Of a stretch of DNA of 64,000 nucleotides, positions 1 to 10,161 are shown one piece after another. This stretch comes from an uncultured Acidobacteriota bacterium. GTDB lineage: Bacteria; Acidobacteriota; Thermoanaerobaculia; Gp7-AA8. Positions within the stretch are counted from its first letter, which is position 1. Each line of letters begins with the position of its first letter. The notes beneath the pieces are model-generated. The model saw only the letters and a list, made by a program, of their open reading frames with translations, made no database searches and was not told the DNA's origin. Both the position numbers and the translations under genes were made by a program. The DNA lies in contig CAWGHO010000002.1 of the NCBI GenBank assembly GCA_963822445.1, positions 2,469,242 to 2,533,241 on the forward strand, given 5' to 3'.

Positions 1-346
1 CCTTCTCGACATTCCCCGAGTGCAGCACGACATCGAGCCCGCCCTCTGTGGTGATCTCGTCCTTCCGCTCCGGCACGAGCGTGACCTGATGGGGCTTGAC
101 GGTCTGGGCGATGCGGATCATCTCGGACGTCGCGGCCATCTCGATGTTGAGATGCGTGGCCACGGTTCTCTTGAGCAGCTCGACGTCGCGGTCCTGGATG
201 TGGCGCCGGTCGCCGCGCAGATGGACGGTGATGCCCTGCGCGCCGCCGAGCTCACAGAGGACGGCCGCCGCGACCGGATCGGGCTCGTCGGTCTTGCGCG
301 CCTCACGGATGGTGGCGATGTGATCGATGTTGACTGCCAGACGCAT
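1..346 (-). CDS. pdxJ: pyridoxine 5'-phosphate synthase (partial, runs off window start)
   Basis: Not in ORF track. Manual translation from ATG at 346: [54 protein letters not shown]...[19 protein letters not shown], the PdxJ signature. Confidence 0.96.
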   Translation of the reverse strand, partial: MRLAVNIDHIATIREARKTDEPDPVAAAVLCELGGAQGITVHLRGDRRHIQDRDVELLKRTVATHLNIEMAATSEMIRIAQTVKPHQVTLVPERKDEITTEGGLDVVLHSGNVEK

Positions 347-363
347 GCGTGTAGGTTAGCAGC

Positions 364-1149
364 GTGTCCCGGCGTCAAACGCTCGTTGTCATAGTTGCGG
401 CCCTCGTCGTCGTCGCGTCGGGCCTGTTCATCGCGTACGGCGGAAGGATCTGGTATCCGTGGCTTCTCCAGATTCGCGGGCCGCGATCGGTCGCCGATGT
501 CGTTGCGAAATACGGAGCCGCCGCAGGGTCGCGGCTCGCGCCGCACTTCAAACGCGCCGGCGTGGCCTATCCGCCGAAGGACATCGCCATTCTGGTCTTC
601 AAGGACGAGCGCCGCCTCGCCCTCTGGGCGCGGAGCGGCCCACGGTGGCGCTTCATCCGCGACTACCCGGTTCTCGCCGCAAGCGGACACGCCGGCCCGA
701 AGCTTCGGGAAGGCGATCAGCAGGTTCCCGAGGGCGTTTACCGGATCGGGCATCTCAATCCGAACAGCAGCTTCCACCTGTCGATGAAGGTCGATTATCC
801 GAACGCGTTCGACCGCCGAATGGCCCAGCGCGATCGCCGGACGACGCTGGGCGGGGACATCTTCATCCACGGCAAAAGTGTCTCGATCGGATGCGTTGCC
901 GTTGGCGATCGAGCCATCGAGGAGCTTTTCACCCTGGTCGCACGAACGGGGCACCCGCGGGTCAAAGTCGTCATCGCGCCGAACGACCTTCGCACCCGTG
1001 GGCCAATCGTCGACGAACGTTCGCCTGCATGGGTGGGCGAGCTCTATCGCATTGTCGCCGCGGCCCTTGCCGAGTTCCCCGTGTGGATGGAATCGAGCGC
1101 GAACGTCGACGTCCTAGGAATGGAAAAGAAGCCGCGCGTGATTAAGTAG
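364..1149 (+). CDS. L,D-transpeptidase (YkuD) family protein, YafK/DpaA-like
   Basis: N-terminal membrane anchor; GPKLREGDQQVPEGVY, NPNSSFHLS, catalytic IFIHG..VSIGC. Confidence 0.88.
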   Translation: MSRRQTLVVIVAALVVVASGLFIAYGGRIWYPWLLQIRGPRSVADVVAKYGAAAGSRLAPHFKRAGVAYPPKDIAILVFKDERRLALWARSGPRWRFIRDYPVLAASGHAGPKLREGDQQVPEGVYRIGHLNPNSSFHLSMKVDYPNAFDRRMAQRDRRTTLGGDIFIHGKSVSIGCVAVGDRAIEELFTLVARTGHPRVKVVIAPNDLRTRGPIVDERSPAWVGELYRIVAAALAEFPVWMESSANVDVLGMEKKPRVIK

Positions 1150-1155
1150 CCCGCG

Positions 1156-3108
1156 ATGCTCTACCGCTTCGACGACGTCGAGAAAAGCTACGGCCCGCAC
1201 GACGTGTTGCGCGGCGTGACCTGGCAGCACAACCCCGGGGAGCACGTCGGCCTCGTTGGCCGCAACGGCGCGGGGAAAACGACGCTGTTCCGCCTCCTCC
1301 TCAAGCAGGAAGAGCCCGATCACGGGCAGATCATCCGCGCCAACGCGATGACCGTCGGCCACGTCGGCCAGCATCTGAACGCCGAGCCGGGGATGTCGCT
1401 CTTCGATTTCGTCGAGACCGCGTTCGGCAACGTTCTGGCCATCGAGCGGAAGATGCGCGCGATCGAGCACGACCTCGCCGATCCGTCGAAAGATCACGAT
1501 CGCCTGCTGGAGAAGTACTCCGAGCTGCAGCACGACTACGAGCACGCCGACGGCTACACGCTGCACGCGGAAGTGGAGCGGGTGCTGACCGGCGTCGGAT
1601 TCGCGGACAGGAAAGAGTGGGAGCGGCCGATCGCGGAGTTCAGCGGCGGGCAGCAGAACCGGGCCATGCTCGCGCGCGTCCTGCTGACGAAAGTCGATCT
1701 TCTCCTCCTCGACGAACCGACCAACCATCTCGACCTCAAAGGCATCGAGTTCCTCGAAGAGTTTCTGCAGGACTTCAAAGGCAGCTACCTGCTCATTTCC
1801 CACGACCGCACGTTCCTGAACCGCACCGTCGGCAAGATCGTCGAGCTCGCGCACGGGAAGCTCGTCGAGTACCACGGCAACTACGAGAAGTTCCTCCAGC
1901 TCCGCGCCGAGCGGATGGAGAAGATGGCCAAGGACTTCGAGCGCCAGCAGGAGTACATCGCCGAGACGCAGGACTTCATTCGTCGCAATCTCGCCGGCCA
2001 GAAAACGAAACAGGCCAAGTCGCGCCGGAAAATGCTGGACAAGCTCGATGAGATCGAGCGCCCCGAGACCGACGAGACGCTGGCGAAGTTCACGCTCGAC
2101 GGCGGCGCGCGATCGGGAGCCGTGGCCATGACCGCGGACCGCATCACCGCCGGCTGGGGCAGCCGCGCGGTCGTCGAGAACTTCAACATGCAGGTCCGCC
2201 GCGGCGAGCGCTACGCGATCATGGGTCCGAACGGGTCGGGCAAGTCGACGCTGCTCAAGACCTTCGCCGGCCGCATTCCGCCGCTGGCCGGCACGATCGC
2301 CTACGGCCAGAACGTCCAGGTCGGCTACTACGATCAGACCCTCGGCGACCTCAAACCGAACGGCCGGGTCATCGATGAAGTGTGGGATATCGATCACACA
2401 CAGACCGAGCTCGAGGTGCGGTCGTATCTCGCGCGGTTCTCGTTCTTCGACGACGACGTGTTCAAGAAAACGCGCGATCTCTCGGGCGGCGAGAAGGGGC
2501 GGCTCGCGCTCGCGAAGATCATGTACGTCGGCGGGAACGTCATGCTGCTCGACGAGCCGACGAATCACCTCGACGTCTACACGCGCGAAGCGCTGGAAGA
2601 GGCGCTGGAAGGGTTCACCGGGGCGCTGATCGTCGTGTCGCACGACCGCTACTTCATCGATCGCGTGGCCGAGAACATCATCCTCGTCGAAGATGGCCAC
2701 GCCGAGATTTACTCGGGCAACTACTCGGAGCTCGTCGAACAGTTCAAGAACGGTGCGGCCGCGCCGGTGACGCCGATCGTCGTGAAAGCGCCACCGCCGC
2801 CGCCGAAAGCATCGGAGCCCGTTGCGCCGAGGCCGGTGGTCGACCGCACGGAACAGCGCCAGCGCTCGAAGCGGATCAAGAAGATCGACGAGGAGATCGC
2901 AAACCTCGAAGCGCGGATCGCGTCGGCGGAGTCCGATCGCGAGCGCATCGACCTGCTGCTCTGTTCCGAGGAGGTGTTCCGGGATGGGGAGCGGTCGAAG
3001 AAGATCCAGCAGCAGAACCAGGATCTGAAGGCGATGATCGACCTGCTTTACGGGAAGTGGGAAGCGCTGGCGAAAGAGAAGGAAGAGCTGGAACCCGTGT
3101 CATCCTGA
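1156..3108 (+). CDS. ABC-F family ATPase (Uup/YheS-like)
   Basis: Two ABC domains (GRNGAGKT, FSGGQ, LLLDEPTNHLD; GPNGSGKST, LSGGE), no TM segments, C-terminal coiled coil. Confidence 0.95.
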   Translation: MLYRFDDVEKSYGPHDVLRGVTWQHNPGEHVGLVGRNGAGKTTLFRLLLKQEEPDHGQIIRANAMTVGHVGQHLNAEPGMSLFDFVETAFGNVLAIERKMRAIEHDLADPSKDHDRLLEKYSELQHDYEHADGYTLHAEVERVLTGVGFADRKEWERPIAEFSGGQQNRAMLARVLLTKVDLLLLDEPTNHLDLKGIEFLEEFLQDFKGSYLLISHDRTFLNRTVGKIVELAHGKLVEYHGNYEKFLQLRAERMEKMAKDFERQQEYIAETQDFIRRNLAGQKTKQAKSRRKMLDKLDEIERPETDETLAKFTLDGGARSGAVAMTADRITAGWGSRAVVENFNMQVRRGERYAIMGPNGSGKSTLLKTFAGRIPPLAGTIAYGQNVQVGYYDQTLGDLKPNGRVIDEVWDIDHTQTELEVRSYLARFSFFDDDVFKKTRDLSGGEKGRLALAKIMYVGGNVMLLDEPTNHLDVYTREALEEALEGFTGALIVVSHDRYFIDRVAENIILVEDGHAEIYSGNYSELVEQFKNGAAAPVTPIVVKAPPPPPKASEPVAPRPVVDRTEQRQRSKRIKKIDEEIANLEARIASAESDRERIDLLLCSEEVFRDGERSKKIQQQNQDLKAMIDLLYGKWEALAKEKEELEPVSS

Positions 3109-3161
3109 GCCGGCACGGCCGGCAGCGCTGATTGCTGCGCCGGTGCACGTGCGGCTGCCCT
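3109..3161. repeat. 53-bp dispersed repeat, copy 1
   Basis: 47/53 identical to 28766-28818; both lie immediately after a stop codon. Confidence 0.85.
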
Positions 3162-3200
3162 GACCTTTCACTTCTCTTTGTTCGGCGTCAAGATGCGTTC

Positions 3201-4446
3201 ATGAACGCAGCAATCATCGCCATCGGCTCGGAGATGCTCGGGCCGACGCGCGTGGACACGAACTCCCTCAAGATCACCGCCGCGCTGGAGCAGTACGCGG
3301 TCGCGCTGGTACGCAAATCGGTCGTCGGCGACAAGCTCGCCGATCTCGTCGCGGAAATCCGTTTCTCGGCCGCACAGGCCGATATTCTCGTGATTACAGG
3401 CGGCCTCGGGCCGACCGAGGATGATCTGACTCGCGAGGCGCTGGCGGAGGCTTTCGGGCTGGCGATGCATGTCGAGCAGTCGATCATCGACCGGCTGCAG
3501 GAGCGCTTCGCAGCGCGCGGCTGGAAGATGCCCGAGGTCAATAAGCGGCAGGCGAATGTCTTCACTGGACAGACGACGCTGACCAACGAGCGCGGCACAG
3601 CGCCGGGCTTCCACATCGAGACCGCGGGCAAGCACGTCTGGGTGTTTCCCGGCGTGCCGCACGAGCTGGAGTGGATGCTCGAGACGTACTTCGTGCCCTG
3701 GCTTAACGAGCTCCGTGGCGGACGCGCGAGGTACCGGCGCGTGCTGAAAATCACCGGCGTCACCGAGTCGGGCGTCGACGAGCGGCTCAAGCCGTACTAC
3801 GAGCGGCACAAGGGCGAGCTGGTGACGATCCTGGCCAGCGGCGGCGCGACGGAGATTCATCTGCACGCGGATGGATCGGAAGTCGAGGCCCGCGCGGTGA
3901 TCGCCGCGAATGAAAAGGAAGTGCTGGAGATCTTCGGCCACCGAGTGTTCGGTTACGACGAAGACACGCTCGAAAGCGTGGTCGGCAATCTCCTGAAATC
4001 ACGCGGCGAAACGTTGGCTGTTGCCGAGTCGTGCACCGGCGGTCTCCTCGGCTCCCGAATCACCGACATCCCGGGCAGCTCCGCCTACTTCCTCGGCGGC
4101 GGCATCTGCTACACCGGCGCCGCGAAGACCGCGCTGGCCGGTGTCGATCCGCAACTCATCCGCGAGAACGGCGAGGTCTCCGAACCGGTTGCCATCGCGA
4201 TGGCCACCGGCATCCGCGAGCGTTTCGGCGCCACGTGGGGCGTCGGAATTACCAGGCATCGCCGGCCCGACTGGCGGAACGCCGGAGAAGCCCGTCGGCA
4301 CCGTCCACATCGCCGTAGCCGGCCCGAACGGCCACGAGCACCGCAAGTTGCTCTGGCAGGGCCCGCGCACGATCATCAAGTGGTTCTCGACACAGTGGGG
4401 GTTGGATCTGCTCAGGCGGTCGTTGTTGACGAATACGCACGAGTAG
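3201..4446 (+). CDS. cinA: CinA (MoCF-like domain + PncC NMN deamidase), +1 frameshift near 4254
   Basis: AAIIAIGSEML, TGGLGPTEDDLT, PGVPHE, AESCTGG. C-terminal GIAGPTGGTPEKPVGTVHIAV continues in the next frame; removing one A at about 4254 restores ITGIAGP. Confidence 0.92.
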
Positions 4447-4460
4447 CCCACATTGTGTGT

Positions 4461-4763
4461 ATGAAGCGCACGAACGTGATTCTCGATGAAGAGCTGTTGG
4501 AAAAGGCCCGGCGGGTGACCGGCGAGAAAACGTATTCAGCGACGATCAACAAGTTACTCGCGGAGGCCGTTCGCGTGGCGGACCTGAAGCGCGCCATTGC
4601 AGAAATCGTGGAGCACAACAAGAACGGGGCGATGCTCAATCGCGGTTACGTTGAGGAGAGGTGGCCCGAGTCCGCCGCGAGAATCTGGCCTCGAAAACAG
4701 CGCGCTTCCGCGGACGAAGTTCGCGCGCCGAAGAAGAAGGCCAAGCGTCGTGTGGCTCGTTGA
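4461..4763 (+). CDS. vapB: type II TA antitoxin, VapB family
   Basis: MKRTNVILDEELLEKARRVTGEKTYSATINKLL, RHH-like N-terminus; overlaps the downstream PIN gene. Confidence 0.85.
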   Translation: MKRTNVILDEELLEKARRVTGEKTYSATINKLLAEAVRVADLKRAIAEIVEHNKNGAMLNRGYVEERWPESAARIWPRKQRASADEVRAPKKKAKRRVAR

Positions 4764-5127
4764 CTCGAGCGCCTGGATTCTGTTGGGCGCCGATCTCGAG
4801 AGTCTCAAGACCCGATTGGACGGAGTCGCGACGTGTCCACCAATCGTGCAGGAGATGCTCCAAGGGGCGAGCGGCTCGGCCGCCTACCAACAGTGGCGCA
4901 ACGCCTTGCTGCGAACCCGCGTTCTCGACGCACCGGTCCCTCTTACGAGATATGAAGAGGCCGCACGGCTGTACCTTCGCTGCCGCGATGCCGGCTTCAC
5001 GATCCGCTCATCGGTCGATTGCCTGATCGCGGCCTGTGCGATAGCGCACGACATTACGGTCCTTCACGACGATCGCGACTTCCAATTCATCGCGCAGGTG
5101 ACGCAACTCAAAGCGCAGCGCGTTTAG
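4750..5127 (+). CDS. vapC: PIN-domain toxin VapC
   Basis: GTG start; LVDSSAWI, QEMLQG, SSVDCLIAACAI, LHDDRDF acidic PIN motifs. Confidence 0.92.
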   Translation: MWLVDSSAWILLGADLESLKTRLDGVATCPPIVQEMLQGASGSAAYQQWRNALLRTRVLDAPVPLTRYEEAARLYLRCRDAGFTIRSSVDCLIAACAIAHDITVLHDDRDFQFIAQVTQLKAQRV

Positions 5128-6442
5128 CCGTTCCTCAATCGCAAAACGTTCGTGATCACGTCGTTGTACAACACGACGATCATCAGCGTCGCCAGCGCCG
5201 CGAATCCCACCTGCTGGATCCGCTCTTTCACGCGCAGCGAGAGATCGCGGCGGGCTACACCTTCGATCAGCAGGATCATGATGTGGCCGCCGTCGAGAAC
5301 GGGGATGGGCAGCAGGTTCATCACACCAAGTTGTAACGAGATCATGGCCATGAGGCCGATCACGTAGACCCAGCCGCGGCTGACCATCTCGCCGGAGATG
5401 CGCGCGATGTTGATCGGGCCGCTGAGCTCTTTCATGCTGCCTTCGCGGCGGAACATGCGGGAAAGCGCGCTCATCGCGTACTTCAGCATCTTCCAGTTCT
5501 CGGCGACGCTGTGGCGCAGCGCAGGAATCAGCGAAAGCTTGAACATGCGCGTCGGCGGAACCATGCCGCGGAGCACACCCAGTTTTTCGTCGGTAGTCGG
5601 GGCGAGCGAGAGTGCGACCTGCTGGCCGTTGCGATCGACGACCACCGCCACCGGCTTCGGTCTTCGTGTCGTCGGAGATCTTCGCGAAGTCCTCCAGTGC
5701 GGCCACGGGTTTGCCGTTGGCGGACGACGATCCGGTCGCCGGCGCGAACTCCGGCAGCGGCGGCGGGAGAGGCAGGGGTCACGCGGCCGATCACCGGCTC
5801 GAGGCCGGAACGGATTCCGGCGCGCCCGACCGGGCCGAAATCGCTTTCATCGCGCTCCGGGGTCATCGTCGTTTTGCCGGTCACGCCGTTGCGCACGTAA
5901 ACGACTTCCAGCGGCGTCCCGGCGTTCATCGAGACGATCAGGCGCAGGTCATCGAAGTCATTCACCGGCTCGCCTTTGACAGCGACGATGCGATCGCCGG
6001 CGAGCAATCCGGCCTTCGCGGCTGGTTTTCCGGCTTCGACCTCGCTGATCACCGGCTTGGTGATGAGCTGTTCGGTGCCGACCATCGCCAGGCCAGCCAC
6101 GAAAGCGATGGCGATGAGGATGTTCATGGCCGGGCCGGCGAAGAGGATCAGGAAGCGCTGCCATTTCGGCTTGGACAAAAACTCGTCCGGCGTCCCAACC
6201 ACATTGTCCTCGGGCGTATCGCCAGCCATCCGCACGTAGCCGCCGAGGGGGATCAGCGAGACGCGGTAGTCGGTGTCGCCGTGCTTGAAGCCGAACAGGC
6301 GCTTGCCGAAGCCGAATGAGAAGACCAGCACGCGGACCCGGAAGAGCTTGGCCAGCATGAAGTGCCCGGCCTCATGGGCGAAGATGAGGAACCCCAGGAC
6401 GAGGATGAAGGAGAAGAGGTTTCGGACTAGCGTTTCGGCCAT
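5124..6442 (-). CDS. rseP: RIP metalloprotease RseP, two +1 frameshifts near 5725 and 5658
   Basis: HEAGH, PLGGYV, AGPAMN, two PDZ domains, NLLPIPVLDGGH; downstream of dxr. The protein is spread over three frames. Confidence 0.93.
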
Positions 6443-6461
6443 TGTTTTGAAGGGATTCCGG

Positions 6462-7619
6462 TCAGCGGCTCAGTGCAACATCGATCCCGCGCGCTTCGTT
6501 CCTTGCCCAGCCATCCCAGTGCAGCGCGTCCTCGACGGAGGCGATGGCAGCGGTCTGGCCGGCGTGTTTGTCGAGTACCCGGGCCACGATGTCTACGATT
6601 CCGACGAAGGGAAGTTCTCCGGCCAGGAACCGCTCGACGGCGATCTCGTTGGCGGCGTTGAGCACCGCGGGCATGGAGCCCCCCGCGCGGAGCGCCGCGT
6701 ATGCGAGCTGAACCGCAGGAAAACGCTTCGGATCGACCGGCAGGAAATCGAGCTTGCTGATCCTGGCCAGGTCCAGGCGTGCAAACGGCGCCGGGACGCG
6801 ATCCGGATAGAGGAGCGCGTACTGGATCGGGAACTTCATGTCGGTGGTCGAGAGCTGGGCGATGATCGAGCCATCGACGTACTCGACCATCGAGTGCACG
6901 ATCGACTGCGGATGGATGACGATGTCGATCCGGTCCGCGGGCATGTCGAAGAGGTGATGGGCCTCGATGACTTCCAGCCCTTTGTTCATCATCGTCGCCG
7001 AGTCGATGGAGATCTTGCTGCCCATCCGCCAGGTGGGGTGGGCCAGCGCGGCGTCGATGGTGATGTCGTCGAAGGTGGCCAGGTCGCGATGGAGGAACGG
7101 GCCGCCGGACGCCGTGAGGATGATGCGCTGCAGCTCGTCGTGGCGGCCGCAGCGGATGGCCTGGTGCACGGCGTTGTGCTCGGAGTCGACAGGGAGGATC
7201 TCGCCGCCGGATTCGCGGGCGGCGCGGGTCATCACGTCGCCCGCGGCGACGAGGACTTCTTTGTTGGCGATGCAGACGCGTTTGCCGGCTTTGAGCGCGG
7301 CGTAGACCGGGCTGATGCCGGCCGCGCCGACGATCGCGGCGATGACGGCATCGCCGGTGGTTGCTACTGCGGATGCGCCGTCCATTCCGTGAAGGATTTC
7401 GGTGTCATCACCAATCAGCGCGCGCAACCGCGCGACGTCATCTTCGCTGCGTACGGAAACGACCGACGGTCGATACCGCTGGACCTGTTCAGCAAGCAAT
7501 TCGATGTTGCCGCCCGCCGCCAGCGCGGCGACCGAAAGCGCGTCGGGAAACGCGTCGACGACGGCGAGGGTGCTCCTGCCGACGCTGCCGGTGCTGCCGA
7601 GGATGGAGATGGTTCGCAT
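6462..7619 (-). CDS. dxr: 1-deoxy-D-xylulose 5-phosphate reductoisomerase
   Basis: LGSTGSVG, ANKE, LPVDSEH, TASGGPF, HPTWRMG, NKGLE, NAANE. Confidence 0.98.
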   Translation of the reverse strand: MRTISILGSTGSVGRSTLAVVDAFPDALSVAALAAGGNIELLAEQVQRYRPSVVSVRSEDDVARLRALIGDDTEILHGMDGASAVATTGDAVIAAIVGAAGISPVYAALKAGKRVCIANKEVLVAAGDVMTRAARESGGEILPVDSEHNAVHQAIRCGRHDELQRIILTASGGPFLHRDLATFDDITIDAALAHPTWRMGSKISIDSATMMNKGLEVIEAHHLFDMPADRIDIVIHPQSIVHSMVEYVDGSIIAQLSTTDMKFPIQYALLYPDRVPAPFARLDLARISKLDFLPVDPKRFPAVQLAYAALRAGGSMPAVLNAANEIAVERFLAGELPFVGIVDIVARVLDKHAGQTAAIASVEDALHWDGWARNEARGIDVALSR

Positions 7620-8450
7620 TCAGGCGGACATGATGTTCAGCGAGCGGAAGCCCTTCACCAGCAGCGTCCAGTAGCTGTAGAGGATGGGTGCGGTGAAGAG
7701 GATGGAGTCGAAGCGGTCCAGAAATCCGCCGTGACCGGGAAGGAGCGTGCCGGAGTCCTTCACCGCCGCGGAGCGCTTCCACATCGACTCCGCGAGATCG
7801 CCGACCACGCCGGCGAAGGAGAGGATCACGCCGGCGATGATCGCGTGCACCAGAGGGAAGGTCTTGAAGAAGGTGAAGTGGATGACCACCGCGGTGATGA
7901 CCGACGTGGCGATTCCGCCGAGGAGCCCTTCCACGGTTTTCTTCGGGCTGATGCGTGGGGAGAGCTTGTGCCGGCCGAAGGTCTTGCCGACGTAGTACGC
8001 GCCGCTGTCGCCGAGCCAGACCACCAGCAGCAGGAAGAACACCAGCTTCGATCCTTCCGGAAAGTCGTTGCGGAGGCGGATCAGCGAGCCGCCGAGCATG
8101 CCCACGTAGGTCGTGGCCAGCACGGCGATCGCGCTGGATGGCAGCGAGTCCTCGAGCTCCTTCCGTCCAACCACGTACCAGGCCGGGATGAGCAGCAGCG
8201 CGGTGAACATCCCCAGCTCGACCGACAGCCCGGGCAGGATGAACGCGGCCATGATCACGAGCATGATCACGACGCAGAGCGAGATGGGAACGTCGTACCC
8301 CTTGGCCTTGCCCAGCGCCAGGAATTCGTACAGCGCGAGAACGGCGATCAGCGCCATGACCGCGTCGAAGACGTACTCATGGCTCCAGCCGATCAGCCAG
8401 ATGATGAGCGGCGCGGCGACGACCGCCGTGATCTCGCGTGCGAAGCGCAT
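7620..8450 (-). CDS. cdsA: phosphatidate cytidylyltransferase
   Basis: Multi-TM; SPKKTVEG, GDLAES..KR..VKDSG.LLPGHGG.LDRFDS. Confidence 0.97.
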   Translation of the reverse strand: MRFAREITAVVAAPLIIWLIGWSHEYVFDAVMALIAVLALYEFLALGKAKGYDVPISLCVVIMLVIMAAFILPGLSVELGMFTALLLIPAWYVVGRKELEDSLPSSAIAVLATTYVGMLGGSLIRLRNDFPEGSKLVFFLLLVVWLGDSGAYYVGKTFGRHKLSPRISPKKTVEGLLGGIATSVITAVVIHFTFFKTFPLVHAIIAGVILSFAGVVGDLAESMWKRSAAVKDSGTLLPGHGGFLDRFDSILFTAPILYSYWTLLVKGFRSLNIMSA

Positions 8451-8453
8451 CCG

Positions 8454-9272
8454 TTAGGACGACCTCGAGTCGTCCGCTTCGACGAACATCTCGCCGTCAG
8501 GCGGCTCGACCGCGCCGTAGCGGCGCTCGCGGGCCTGGAAGTCGATGATGGCCTCGTAGAGGTTCCGCTTCCGGAAGTCGGGCCACAGCACTTTGGTGAC
8601 GTGAATCTCGGCGTACGCGATCTGCCAGAGCAGAAAGTTCGAGACGCGCAGCTCGCCGCTGGTGCGGATGAGCAGGTCGGGATCTTCGACGTTCGCGGTG
8701 TAGAGATGGCTGGAGAAGAAGTCCTCGTCGATGACCGCGTCGCTCATTTCCTTTTCACGAAGGGTGGCCATGATGCGGTTGCAGGTGTCGACGATCTCCG
8801 CGCGGCCGCCGTAGTTGAGCGCGATCTGAAACAGGAGGCCGCTGTTCTCCGCGGTCTTCTCCTCGGCATACCGAAGCTCCCGCTGCACGCTCGGATCGAG
8901 TCCGTCGATGCGCCCGATAGGCGTGAAGCGGATGTTGTTCTCCATCAGCGTCTGCAGCTCTTTCCGGAGGTACTCCTTCAGCAGCATCATCAGCGTCGCG
9001 ACTTCGTACCGCGGCCGCTTCCAGTTTTCGACGGAGAAGGCGTACAGGGTGACCACGCCGAGCTCGAGCCGGGCCGCGGTCTCGACGGTCTCACGAACGG
9101 AGGCGATGCCGGCGCGATGGCCTTCGACGCGGGGGAGGCTGCGGGCCCGGGCCCAGCGGCCGTTCCCGTCCATGATCACCGCCACGTGCCGCGGCAGGCG
9201 CTTCAGGTCGATCTTCTCGAGGAGGGTCTCCTCGATCGACCCGGGCTCGGCAAGCTTGCGGACGTCGATCAC
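8454..9272 (-). CDS. uppS: undecaprenyl diphosphate synthase
   Basis: HVAVIMDGNGRWA, YAFSVENWKRP, NYGGR, DLLIRTSGE.RVSNFLLWQ. Confidence 0.98.
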   Translation of the reverse strand: MIDVRKLAEPGSIEETLLEKIDLKRLPRHVAVIMDGNGRWARARSLPRVEGHRAGIASVRETVETAARLELGVVTLYAFSVENWKRPRYEVATLMMLLKEYLRKELQTLMENNIRFTPIGRIDGLDPSVQRELRYAEEKTAENSGLLFQIALNYGGRAEIVDTCNRIMATLREKEMSDAVIDEDFFSSHLYTANVEDPDLLIRTSGELRVSNFLLWQIAYAEIHVTKVLWPDFRKRNLYEAIIDFQARERRYGAVEPPDGEMFVEADDSRSS

Positions 9273-9299
9273 AGAGGGGGGATGTTAGCACCGGGCCGA

Positions 9300-9376
9300 G
9301 GTTGCGAGGTTGCGGGGTTACGGGGTTACGAGGTGCGCTCCGCCTCGGAACCTCGAAACCCCGAAACCTCGTAACC
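9300..9376. repeat. inverted pair of 8-nt tandem arrays (GGTTRCGR type), overlapping truA 3' end
   Basis: GGTTGCGA GGTTGCGG GGTTACGG GGTTACGA, short spacer, CCTCGGAA CCTCGAAA CCCCGAAA CCTCGTAA CC. Confidence 0.92.
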
Positions 9377-10072
9377 AACGCCTTTCAAAACCAGGCCTTT
9401 GGCGGGCGCCGTCCACCTCGCTTCGTCGAAGGACAGGGCCTCCGCGCGGCCTTTTCCCACCTCGATCAGCGAGCCGGCGATGCGCCGGACCATGTAGCGG
9501 AGAAAGCCATCCGCGGTCACCGTGATGCGGATCGCCTCGCCTTCCCGAACCACCGAAATCGCGCGCACGGTTCTCACGGTCGACTCGACTTCCGGCTCGG
9601 CCACGGTGAAGGCACGAAAGTCGTGCGTGCCCACAACATTCTGAGCGGCGGCGGCCATGGCCTCGACGTCGAGCGGTCTGGCGATGTGCGCATGGGTTTC
9701 CTGCGCGAAAACATCCGCCACTTCCGCGTTCCAGATCCGGTATTCGTACGTCTTCGACGTCGCGGAGAAACGCGCGTGGAAGTCGTCAGCAACCGTCTCC
9801 GCGCTCGTGATCCTGATGTCGTACGGCAGGATCTGATTCAGTCCGAGGACGAGTCCGCGCGAGGGGATCTCGAACGGAACGTCGGCGTGAGCGCGCTGGG
9901 CGAGCGCATGCACGCCGGCATCCGTGCGTCCGGCGCCGTGCAGGCGGACCTCGGCGCTGAACATCTTCTCCAGCGCCTCTTCGACGACCTGTTGAATCGA
10001 CGGCGCGTTGATCTGCCGCTGCCAGCCGCCGTAGCGAGTGCCGAGGTACTGGAGCGTCAGGAAAACGCGCAT
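9326..10072 (-). CDS. truA: tRNA pseudouridine(38-40) synthase
   Basis: Y.GT.Y.GWQ.Q, GAGRTDAGVHA, FHARF, GTHDF, GFLRYMVR, TAP..GL.L. Confidence 0.97.
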   Translation of the reverse strand: MRVFLTLQYLGTRYGGWQRQINAPSIQQVVEEALEKMFSAEVRLHGAGRTDAGVHALAQRAHADVPFEIPSRGLVLGLNQILPYDIRITSAETVADDFHARFSATSKTYEYRIWNAEVADVFAQETHAHIARPLDVEAMAAAAQNVVGTHDFRAFTVAEPEVESTVRTVRAISVVREGEAIRITVTADGFLRYMVRRIAGSLIEVGKGRAEALSFDEARWTAPAKGLVLKGVGYEVSGFRGSEAERTS

Positions 10073-10075
10073 GAT

Positions 10076-10157
10076 TAGTAGGCAGTAGGCAGTGGGCAGT
10101 AGGCAGTGGACCGGTTCTCCCGCCTACTGCGAGCCGCGGAGCGGCGTACTGCCTACT
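10076..10157. repeat. inverted pair of 7-nt tandem arrays (GGCAGTA type) with internal hairpin
   Basis: TAGTA GGCAGTA GGCAGTG GGCAGTA GGCAGTG ... CCTACTG CGAG-ccgc gga gcgg-CGTACTG CCTACT. Confidence 0.9.
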
Positions 10158-10161
10158 CAGG

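Noticed and set aside
3132-4763. 543-aa ORF that looks like a CinA-VapB fusion
   Set aside because: Artefact of the +1 frameshift at about 4254. The CinA C-terminus is in another frame ending at 4446, and vapB has its own ATG at 4461.
6273-9374. 1033-aa plus-strand ORF and other long antisense ORFs (e.g. 50094-52787, 26430-28805, 57746-59860)
   Set aside because: Shadows of real opposite-strand genes in high-GC DNA; no recognisable motifs.
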